64,000 nucleotides of DNA, from assembly GCA_038207085.1 (NCBI GenBank), contig JBBRAE010000007.1:64655-128654 (forward strand), given 5' to 3'. The translations under genes and the position numbers were made by a program. This DNA is from Armatimonadota bacterium (GTDB lineage: Bacteria; Armatimonadota; UBA5829; DTLH01). Below the pieces are notes generated by a model. It was not told where the DNA came from. It did no database searches and was given only the letters and a program-made list of their open reading frames with translations. This document shows, one piece after another, positions 29,748-37,545 of the stretch (position 1 is the stretch's first letter; each line of letters opens with the position of its first letter).

Positions 29748-31798
29748 CGACCAAACGCCGCGCCTGCGACTACTGCGGCCTCGTCTTCACAGGCACAGGG
29801 TACGGCGCAGGGGATCGCCACTACTGCTGCTGCGGCTGCTACCTCGCGGAACGCATAGTCGGCGATAAATCCGGCGACGGCATCGCCTCTTGGATTCTCA
29901 TAAGACTCGGCGTCGGCGCGTTTCTATCCATGAATGTGATGATGATCAGCCTGGTCCTCTACGCGAGCAATTCGGGCGAAATCGGAGCCGCAACCGTACG
30001 AGCGCTTCGCTGGATTATGCTCCTGCTCTCAACCCCGGCTGTGATCATCCAGGGCATCCCCTTTATTGCAGGCGCCACCAAGTCGCTCAGGCAGGCGAAA
30101 CTCAGCACCGATATGCTGATCGCCACCGGTTCGGTAGCCGCGTTCGCCGTAAGCGCCGCAAACGTCGTGCGCAACTCAGGAGAGGTCTACTTCGACACCG
30201 CGACGATGCTGCTTTTCATCGTGACGCTCGGTCGATTGATCGAAGCCGCCGCCAAGAACCGCACCTCCGCCTCCATCCGTGAACTCGTCGACCTAACCCC
30301 CGCAGTCGCACGTGTTATACGCGACGGCATCGAACAAGAAATCCCATCAAGCGAGGTGCGAGAAGGCGACCTGATGATCGTCCGCACCGGCGAACGCATC
30401 CCATCCGACGGCGAGATCGCCTCCGGCGAATGTCTGATCGAAGAATCAGCCTTCACCGGTGAGAGCCGCCCAAGGTCCGCGAGCCCCGGCGACCGTGTCT
30501 ACGGAGGAAGCGTCAACTGCGACGGTCTGATCGAGGTCCACGCGACCGCCGTTGGAGGCGAAACCCTGCTCTCACGAATCCACGACCTCGTCCACCAGGC
30601 CCAAACAGAGCGAGCGCCAATCGAGCGGCTGACCGAGCGAGTTTCGACCATATTCGTCCCCTTAATCTGGCTGATCACCATCTGCTGCGCCGCCTATTGG
30701 GCCTACTTCCGGGGAAATATCGAGCAGGCCGCCATGTCCTCCCTTGCCGTGCTCGTCGTAGCCTGCCCCTGCGCTCTTGGGCTCGCCACCCCGATGGCGA
30801 CGTGCATCGCAATCGGCAAAGCCGCGAGAGCCGGTGTCCTGATCAGGTCCGGCGAGGTGCTCGAAGCCCTTCCAGGTGTCACATGGGTCTTCTTCGACAA
30901 AACCGGCACGCTCACCGACAACAACCTCACCGTCACGGGCCTGCGGACGCTGCCCGGCGAGTCCGAGGCAGACGTATTGACCGCCGCCGCATCGCTTGAG
31001 TCTGCCTGCACCCATTCCATAGCCCGGGCGGTCGTAGCATTCGCAGGCTCCCGTGGACTAGCGCCAATCCCTGTCGAAAACTTCCGAGCGATCCCAGGCA
31101 GAGGCGTCACAGGAACAGTCAAAGACAAGAGCATAACGGTCGGCTCGCTCGCTCTCATTCGCGAGTCCCACCAAGTCTCACCAGCGCTGATCACAGACGA
31201 CGACCTGACGGCGACCTACATCGGCTGGGAGGGCCACGCGCGGGCATCGTTCACCCTCGCCGACACCCCGCGCCCAGAGTCAAGCCAGACCATCACAAGA
31301 CTCAACACGCTTGGCCTCCACTGCGCCCTGATCTCCGGCGATCAACCCGCACCGACTGCGAGAATCGCCCGCGACCTCGGTATCACCGATACCCGCGCCG
31401 AACTCACCCCCGAGCAGAAAGCTGATGCCGTCCGGGCTGCCAGAGACAGTGGAACAGGCTTGGTCGCAATGGTCGGGGACGGGATAAACGACGCTCCCGC
31501 GCTTGCCGAAGCCGATGTTGGCGTCGCCACCGGCACAGGCACGGACCTGGCCCGCGAGGCAAGCGATGTGACGCTTCTGGGGGACGACCTTTCGAGGATT
31601 CCGTGGACAATCGAGCTCGCGCGGAGAACCTATAGCGTCATCCGTCGCAACCTGTTCTGGGCGTTTTTCTACAACTGCATCGCCGTGGTGTTCGCGTTTT
31701 TCGGCTACGTGCATCCCCTGCTTGCCGCGTCCGCGATGGTCCTTAGCAGTTTCTTTGTTATCGGAAGCTCACTCTCGCTCCTGCGAGCCGACCCCTAG
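29744..31798 (+). CDS. ccoI: Heavy-metal (Cu) P1B-type ATPase, CcoI/FixI-like
   Basis: CDYC/CCCGC N-terminus, TGES, ACPCALGLA, DKTGT, GDGIND; TTG start 29744 overlaps the upstream stop. Confidence 0.9.
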   Translation: MTTKRRACDYCGLVFTGTGYGAGDRHYCCCGCYLAERIVGDKSGDGIASWILIRLGVGAFLSMNVMMISLVLYASNSGEIGAATVRALRWIMLLLSTPAVIIQGIPFIAGATKSLRQAKLSTDMLIATGSVAAFAVSAANVVRNSGEVYFDTATMLLFIVTLGRLIEAAAKNRTSASIRELVDLTPAVARVIRDGIEQEIPSSEVREGDLMIVRTGERIPSDGEIASGECLIEESAFTGESRPRSASPGDRVYGGSVNCDGLIEVHATAVGGETLLSRIHDLVHQAQTERAPIERLTERVSTIFVPLIWLITICCAAYWAYFRGNIEQAAMSSLAVLVVACPCALGLATPMATCIAIGKAARAGVLIRSGEVLEALPGVTWVFFDKTGTLTDNNLTVTGLRTLPGESEADVLTAAASLESACTHSIARAVVAFAGSRGLAPIPVENFRAIPGRGVTGTVKDKSITVGSLALIRESHQVSPALITDDDLTATYIGWEGHARASFTLADTPRPESSQTITRLNTLGLHCALISGDQPAPTARIARDLGITDTRAELTPEQKADAVRAARDSGTGLVAMVGDGINDAPALAEADVGVATGTGTDLAREASDVTLLGDDLSRIPWTIELARRTYSVIRRNLFWAFFYNCIAVVFAFFGYVHPLLAASAMVLSSFFVIGSSLSLLRADP

Positions 31799-31875
31799 CC
31801 CGCTTTATTCGTGAAGCGAATAAAGCTCTCGCTAGCAAAGCATTATTCACGCTCCTCGTGAATAATGCAGGCTAG
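31796..31875. repeat. Dispersed ~80-bp double-hairpin repeat
   Basis: TAGCCCGCTTTATTCGTGAAGCGAATAAAGC...GCATTATTCAC...GTGAATAATGCAGGCTAG. Confidence 0.85.
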
Positions 31876-33063
31876 AGCGATCTGGTTCCAGAGCTGTTTT
31901 CCAAATGGCGTCATCGGCCCGTTCTGATACTGGCTTGCCATCTGCCGAAGCACCTCCCGCGCAAGGTTGGCGTCTTTATACACGCTCCAGTAGCAGAGCG
32001 CCATTCGGTAAAGCGACATCTCAGCGTCAGAAGTCCCAATGAACTTGCCTGAGACGATGCGGTACACCTCAAGGGCACGGGTATACTGACCCGCTCGCTC
32101 CAGATTCCCCGCAAGGCGAATCAAATGAAGCGACCGATAGGTGTCCCACCGACCATTGATGTCGACAAGATAGTAGCCCACAAAGTCCGGGTCTTTGTCG
32201 ATCATCCCCGGCCCGGCTTTCGCCATCGCCTCATCGAGCATGGACATAGCATTGTGCTGCGCCGCGGGTCGAGCGAGGGCCCTCAGCAGCACGGGGTTTC
32301 CGGGGTCTTCATCCACCATCCCCATCAGCACGCTAAGCGGCAGATCGTTAGGGTCTTTGGTATCGGCTTGGATAGCTCTAACGTCCGAAACCGCGGCGCT
32401 GTCGCGTTTGACTCTATAGACAACACAAGCTGCGAGCCCGGCGATCGCACCGCCGACGTGGCAGAAGTGAGCGACCCCTCCGCCACCAAGCGACCGCATC
32501 AGAAACCCGTTCAGCACCTCAAGTGCGCAGAATCCGCCGAGCACCCAAATCGCCGCAACCTCCCACACCCCATACCATATCCAGATCAGCGGCCAGATGA
32601 AATACGCGACGCAGACCGTGCTCCACGAGTAGATAAACCAGTAAGCGCCGAACACTCCGAATATGCAGCCCGACGCGCCAATCAGATATGTGGGCTGTCC
32701 GTCCGGCCCCGTGCCGCTCATCACACCGTGCAAGAGAGCCCCCAAGAGCCCCGCAAGCAGATACAGCCCGAGATACTTCCCCGCCCCCAGCCTGTCCTCC
32801 ACCGGCGGCCCAAACACCCACAGCCCCACCATATTGGAGATAATGTGCGTTGGCCCGGCGTGCAAAAACGCCGAAGTGAGGATATTTATCGCAGGCGAGT
32901 TCCCAAGCGAGAACCCGTACGCCCGCATCACATCCTCACGAATCTGAAGCAGCGATTCAGTCGTGAAGATATACACGATCACATTAATCAGAATAATGCA
33001 GAGCGTAACATACGGAAAGTGCTTTATTGGGTTTTTAACGCGAAACGGAAACAGAAAGAACAA
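31843..33063 (-). CDS. Rhomboid intramembrane protease with C-terminal TPR-like domain
   Basis: SAFLHAG..HIISNM, IGASG, AHFCHVGG; helical C-terminal region. Confidence 0.88.
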   Translation of the reverse strand: MFFLFPFRVKNPIKHFPYVTLCIILINVIVYIFTTESLLQIREDVMRAYGFSLGNSPAINILTSAFLHAGPTHIISNMVGLWVFGPPVEDRLGAGKYLGLYLLAGLLGALLHGVMSGTGPDGQPTYLIGASGCIFGVFGAYWFIYSWSTVCVAYFIWPLIWIWYGVWEVAAIWVLGGFCALEVLNGFLMRSLGGGGVAHFCHVGGAIAGLAACVVYRVKRDSAAVSDVRAIQADTKDPNDLPLSVLMGMVDEDPGNPVLLRALARPAAQHNAMSMLDEAMAKAGPGMIDKDPDFVGYYLVDINGRWDTYRSLHLIRLAGNLERAGQYTRALEVYRIVSGKFIGTSDAEMSLYRMALCYWSVYKDANLAREVLRQMASQYQNGPMTPFGKQLWNQIALACIIHEERE

Positions 33064-33114
33064 GCCGCCCTACACCCTCTCATGCACCAAGTGTAACACT
33101 TCGATTACGGACAG

Positions 33115-33260
33115 CCACAGCCCTTCCAACTACTGCTGCGTTGCAACAGGTGTCCGAGGAACACCCGAGCATCCCACTATTCGTCCCAATCCTCAGCCCA
33201 ACTACTGCTGCGTTGCAACCGTCAAGACAGAGGTTCATTTTGAGATCGAAAACCTCAGCC
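33115..33260 (-). CRISPR. Mini CRISPR-like array: 8-nt repeat remnant, 33-nt spacer, 29-nt repeat, 43-nt spacer, 33-nt degenerate repeat
   Basis: Minus strand: GGCTGAGG (33260-33253); GTTGCAACGCAGCAGTAGTTGGGCTGAGG (33219-33191); GTTGCAACGCAGCAGTAGTTGGAAGGGCTGTGG (33147-33115); unique sequence between them; next to a RuvC nuclease gene. Confidence 0.75.
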
Positions 33261-33345
33261 TGTTCAGGGTCCGGCACATCTGTGTTCACGCGAACCGCCA
33301 GTAATTGCGCCACACGAATACTGTCCGCGCAGTCCTGCTTGTCAA

Positions 33346-33541
33346 TGGGCGCATGCAGCCTTAGTTGCGCTGTTCCCGCTGCAGCGGGAAACAATGGTTC
33401 CGCCCGCAGTACCCGTTCAAAGGTATGGTTTCCCGACAGACTAGCTGTCTTCCGAAATACCACAGAGCGGCATGACGACGACAATGGGACGAGCTCCCGA
33501 CGCCGTAGCTTCGGGCAGCCTCCTGCCGCCGGTATGCGGAG
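33346..33541 (-). ncRNA. Candidate tracrRNA/scaffold RNA with anti-repeat
   Basis: Minus-strand CAGCGCAACTAAGGCTGCATGC (33372-33351) is complementary to the repeat at 18 of 23 aligned positions; several hairpins (e.g. TTCCCGCTGCAGCGGGAA); boundaries uncertain. Confidence 0.55.
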
Positions 33542-35002
33542 CTAGTCCGCACACATCTGTTGAGCAAATTCTTGCCAGGTTCTATTCTTAGCTGATTTGT
33601 TCTTCTTCTTTACTTCTCGACATTCCTGCATGTAGAGATATTTTCGACCGATATTAATCGCCGCAACCTCGTCTGAGTTCTCGTGCTCGAAGCTGCACGT
33701 AACGCAGTGGAACTTGAACCGAGTGACCGCACCCCCCGCCCTCACCAAACGGTTTCGCTTGTCGACGCATCCGCAATTTGGACAGGTTTGGCTCGTATAC
33801 GCCGCTCCGACCTCGTAAACCGGGACACCAGCAGCCTTGCATTTGTACAGAATGACTTCTCGAAATGTGCCGTAGGTGTTCGACTTCCGCCCGTGGTTAC
33901 TCGGCGATTTGCTCGCAGACGAATTGGCCCTGCGCATGTTGGACAAATCCTCGATCACTACAACACTCTCATTCTGCCGCGCAAGGGTGAGTATGTTGTT
34001 AACAGTGATATGAACGATCTCTTTATTAATTCGCTTGTATCTAAACCTGTAATGCCCCCCATTCGCCTGGGCTTTGGCGGTCTTCTGAGTAATGCTCTTG
34101 ATCTGATCCACATGCAGCCCGTTGACGCTCACTGATTCCAGCAGTTCGCCGCTTGTGGTTAATACAGAGGCTGCCGCAATTCGCTTCTTGCCGAGATCGA
34201 CACCAATAATAGTACGAGCCGGAGCAGATTTTCGTTCTGGAATCTCAAATGTGACATAGAGAAAGAACCGCCCGTCGCGCTCGACGACCCGGCCAGTCGC
34301 AGGCCGATATGTCTCCAACTTCCTCTGAAGCCATTTGTTCATTGCCAGCGGAAAGAGTCTACAAGGCTTCTTACGCGCAACCACTCGATCTTTAGTTCCA
34401 ACGATCACCAAATCATCTGAAGCGGGTGAAAAACCTGAGTTGCCGGATTCAATGTACAGCCCCGCAAAGTAGTTTCCACTAGCGGACCTCGCAATATAGA
34501 ACCCCTTCTCCTTTTTGTAGTAGTAGAAGTCCAGCGGCAGGTATTCGGACTTCTTGCCACAGCCGGACACCAGCCCTGAAAGTGTTGAATACTCCATTTC
34601 CGAAGTCGCTACATGACCGTTAAGCGTAAAGTCATCCAGCAACGCGGGTAAGTCATCTTCTCCGACGACACGGCCCGTTGGAAAACCCGGATCAAAATCT
34701 TCCTGTTTGAGCGCAAAATAGGACTTAAGTTGCGAATCCAACGAGCGATACACGGCGTGTTTCATCGTCGGCTCCATAAGATGAAGCTCCGGTATCGTTT
34801 TCAGATTGTCATATACCCACTGAGTAAGACGTTTCTTGCCTTCGACCCCGTTAATAATCTCCTCAAGCTCATCTGCACAACCGGCAGCCATTTTCAAGAA
34901 ACCGGCTACCGTCGTAGTCCACAGTTCCATCGCCGTCTTAAGAGCCCTACCCTTTTCACCGCGCGTCTGCAATAGCTCAAATGCGTAGGTTTGAAATGAC
35001 AT
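33542..35002 (-). CDS. TnpB/Cas12f-like RNA-guided RuvC nuclease (486 aa)
   Basis: RuvC-I IIGVDLG, RuvC-II VVVIEDL, Zn ribbon YTSQTCPNCG...HCVTC, RuvC-III NSDEVAAINI. Confidence 0.9.
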   Translation of the reverse strand: MSFQTYAFELLQTRGEKGRALKTAMELWTTTVAGFLKMAAGCADELEEIINGVEGKKRLTQWVYDNLKTIPELHLMEPTMKHAVYRSLDSQLKSYFALKQEDFDPGFPTGRVVGEDDLPALLDDFTLNGHVATSEMEYSTLSGLVSGCGKKSEYLPLDFYYYKKEKGFYIARSASGNYFAGLYIESGNSGFSPASDDLVIVGTKDRVVARKKPCRLFPLAMNKWLQRKLETYRPATGRVVERDGRFFLYVTFEIPERKSAPARTIIGVDLGKKRIAAASVLTTSGELLESVSVNGLHVDQIKSITQKTAKAQANGGHYRFRYKRINKEIVHITVNNILTLARQNESVVVIEDLSNMRRANSSASKSPSNHGRKSNTYGTFREVILYKCKAAGVPVYEVGAAYTSQTCPNCGCVDKRNRLVRAGGAVTRFKFHCVTCSFEHENSDEVAAINIGRKYLYMQECREVKKKNKSAKNRTWQEFAQQMCAD

Positions 35003-35086
35003 AGTGTCAGCGCCCCCTTCAATACCGGCAGATTACCGTATATGGCGTATCCTTGATTAGTTGCCGGCAAGCCTGCCCGCTATAAT

Positions 35087-35116
35087 ACTGTAATACAGTT
35101 GCCCAAGCATTGTCAA
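35087..35116 (-). promoter_or_regulatory. Putative sigma70 promoter of the nuclease gene with an overlapping palindrome
   Basis: Minus strand TTGACA-18 nt-TACAGT; palindrome ACTGTA-T-TACAGT (35087-35099) covers the -10. Confidence 0.45.
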
Positions 35117-35148
35117 TTGTAAGACTGGACACCTGTCACCTTGTTGCA

Positions 35149-36183
35149 TCATCGCACCCACACAACATTCCCTGCAATCTCTACCTCAACATCCAGAAAC
35201 TTCTGCACCGTCCAGACGTTGGTTCGTAGATGCTCGGTGATCTCTTCGGCTGAGAACTCGCTCTCGCCATCGGCAAGCGCGGCTGGGACGATGAGTTGAT
35301 CGGCCATGTGCTTGTCGAGCGCCGCGCCCGAACCGTGCCAGGCCAAAAACTCCTCAGCCGCCTCGTGTCCCACCTTCTCAGCTCGTTTCCCAAGCGCCCC
35401 GAGCGAGGTGAACCCCGCCTTCACATCCCCCGCGCTGTAGAGCACAAAGGCAACTGTCCCCTTACCCGGCGACGGGTACTCGGTCGTTTCCCCCACACAC
35501 TCGATCCCCGCCTCCCGAAGCCGCTCAGCAACCGAGGAAAGCTGCCGGTCAGCGATCGACATCGGCAGGTTCGACACAGCCGAAGTCACGTGCACACTCC
35601 CCTCGGGTCTGTCGACGAGGCGAAGCGGACGAAGCGAAGTCGCGGGCAATATCTCCACATCGATCTGTCCACCACCTATTGGGTAGTACCCGGCCTTCAC
35701 CACTCGGTAATGCGTCAGCACGCCCATTCGCGAGAGCACCGGGAGATAGACATCGTCGACATAGTTGGAGTTCGGACTCATCGGCACATGCGTTCCGCCG
35801 CGGATCGTCACGCGCGAGCGTTTGTCCGTAAGGGCAAGCGGCAAGAGCACGGTCTGAAGTATCAGGTTGACAGCCCCCGCGGACGCTTTGATGTCAGAGA
35901 CGTCGAAGCGATAATCCCCCGCTTGCGTCTTCCCGGGGCGAAACTCAAGCGTCCCGCTCCCAATGGAGTCGCCGGAGAGACTTCCATCGCAAATATCGGC
36001 AACCGCGCGGGCAGCGGTGATGTGCTGGGGTTGAAGCCCCGGCCTCACGCGCCCAGCCCTGATGCGCTCGATCCTGACAGGCCGCCCGAGAATAGCCGAA
36101 AGCGAGAGACTGGTGCGCAGAATCTGCCCGCCGCCCTCGCCGTAGCTTCCATCTATAACAAGAACCTCGCCTCTTGCAGTCAA
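35149..36183 (-). CDS. rtcA: RNA 3'-terminal phosphate cyclase
   Basis: DGSYGEGGGQILR, PGLQPQH, GGTHVP, GYYPIGGG, HMADQL, ITEHLRTN. Confidence 0.95.
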   Translation of the reverse strand: MTARGEVLVIDGSYGEGGGQILRTSLSLSAILGRPVRIERIRAGRVRPGLQPQHITAARAVADICDGSLSGDSIGSGTLEFRPGKTQAGDYRFDVSDIKASAGAVNLILQTVLLPLALTDKRSRVTIRGGTHVPMSPNSNYVDDVYLPVLSRMGVLTHYRVVKAGYYPIGGGQIDVEILPATSLRPLRLVDRPEGSVHVTSAVSNLPMSIADRQLSSVAERLREAGIECVGETTEYPSPGKGTVAFVLYSAGDVKAGFTSLGALGKRAEKVGHEAAEEFLAWHGSGAALDKHMADQLIVPAALADGESEFSAEEITEHLRTNVWTVQKFLDVEVEIAGNVVWVR

Positions 36184-36293
36184 ATCCGTCCACCTTTCCG
36201 GAATAGTATAGAAAACTTCCCGGAAAGGCTTCGGATATCCTGCCTGTGTCGCTATCCGCGCCAGCCCATTCGCGGGCCAAAGGTTGCTGCGGG

Positions 36294-36374
36294 TTAGCCC
36301 GCTTTATTCGTGAAGCGAATAAAGCTCTTGCTAAGAGAGCATCATTCACGCTTCACGTGAATAATGCGGGTTAG
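36294..36374. repeat. Dispersed ~80-bp double-hairpin repeat
   Basis: TTAGCCCGCTTTATTCGTGAAGCGAATAAAGCTCTTGCTAAGAGAGCATCATTCACGCTTCACGTGAATAATGCGGGTTAG. Confidence 0.85.
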
Positions 36375-37447
36375 CGAGTATTCTCTTTGAACTGCATGTC
36401 GAGCGGCATTTCCTTCAGCATGACGGTCGCGCTAACGCGTTTTCCGTCGCGAATCAGGCTGACCTCCATGCTGTCGCCGACGTGCTTGTCACGCAGCTGT
36501 TTTTGAAGATCGCCGCCGTCCTCGATGGACGTGCCGTTAGCCTTGACGATGATATCGCCCTTCCTGATCCCCGCTTGCTCGGCGGGGCCACTCCTGACGA
36601 CATCGGCGACGATCACCCCTCGGGCCGCAGACAGTTTGAACACTCGCGCGACCCCTGGAGTCACGTCGCCATAGCTGATCCCGATCCAGGGCACGATCAC
36701 CCGCCCATAAGCGAGCACGTCACTGATCACCGTCTGCGCCGTGTTGATCGGCACGGCGAATCCTACACCCTGACCTCCGCCCCCACCGACAAGAGCGGTG
36801 TTGAGCCCAATCACCCGCCCGCCGGAGTCGAGAAGCGGCCCACCAGAGTTGCCGGGGTTGATCTCGGCATCGGTCTGAATCAGGTTCATAAGCGCCGATC
36901 CCCCACCGGGGATGCTCCGATTGAGCGCGCTCACCACACCGACCGTCACTGTCCGTTCGAACCCGTATGGGTTGCCAATCGCGATCGCCATCTGCCCCAC
37001 CTGCAGCGCATCGGAGTCCCCAAGCGTCGCCGTCGGCAAATTGGTGGCGCTCACTTTGAGCACAGCCAGATCGACCCGTGGATCCCCGCCAAGCGCCTTT
37101 GCCGAATATTCGCGACCGCTTGAGAGTGTAACTTTGATAGACTTCGCCCCTTCGACGACGTGGTTGTTCGTGAGAATGTATCCGTCCGGCCTCAAAATGA
37201 CTCCGGACCCGATAGCGGTGCCGTCTGAGGTCTCCGCGGCAAGCGCGACTACACTCGGACCAATATTCCGAGCGATATCGATGACTCGCTGCTCGTTTGT
37301 CAGAAGCACTGCCCCTCCCGCGCCTACGGGAGGACCACTGACGGCCGCCGTTCGTATAACTGATGGCCCAGACAGGTAACCCGCGAGAAACAGGACAAGC
37401 ACTACGGTACCTGATCGGACCTTTCCAAATGTCTCAGTTTTCATCAC
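36371..37447 (-). CDS. HtrA/DegP-like S1C serine protease with PDZ domain
   Basis: TNNHVV, DLAVLK, IQTDAEINPGNSGGPL, C-terminal PDZ. Confidence 0.95.
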   Translation of the reverse strand: MMKTETFGKVRSGTVVLVLFLAGYLSGPSVIRTAAVSGPPVGAGGAVLLTNEQRVIDIARNIGPSVVALAAETSDGTAIGSGVILRPDGYILTNNHVVEGAKSIKVTLSSGREYSAKALGGDPRVDLAVLKVSATNLPTATLGDSDALQVGQMAIAIGNPYGFERTVTVGVVSALNRSIPGGGSALMNLIQTDAEINPGNSGGPLLDSGGRVIGLNTALVGGGGGQGVGFAVPINTAQTVISDVLAYGRVIVPWIGISYGDVTPGVARVFKLSAARGVIVADVVRSGPAEQAGIRKGDIIVKANGTSIEDGGDLQKQLRDKHVGDSMEVSLIRDGKRVSATVMLKEMPLDMQFKENTR

Positions 37448-37545
37448 CTGATTCCCCCCGTGGGAGAATTAAAGGCAACCCCCCCGGCCTGCCTTCAATA
37501 GTTAGTTACCCATTTTGTGAAAACTGAGATACGAATAATTTGAAG

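Noticed and set aside
33148..33252. Self-targeting of spacers within the window (e.g. TTTCGATCTC near 44918, TGGGACGA near 33485)
   Set aside because: Only 8-10-nt matches were seen, which is expected by chance in 64 kb.
33080..33567. ORFs 33080-33484 (-), 33141-33545 (+), 33361-33567 (-) and 32963-33304 (+)
   Set aside because: They translate the repeat/spacer/tracr region (duplicated CNAAVVG or NYCCVAT peptides come from the DNA repeats) and show no protein-like features.
33542..35002. Calling the nuclease an ordinary IS200/IS605 or IS607 transposon
   Set aside because: No tnpA (Y1 or serine recombinase) nearby and no clear subterminal end hairpin pair identified. The repeat plus anti-repeat layout fits a CRISPR-associated effector better, though a non-autonomous TnpB origin is not excluded.
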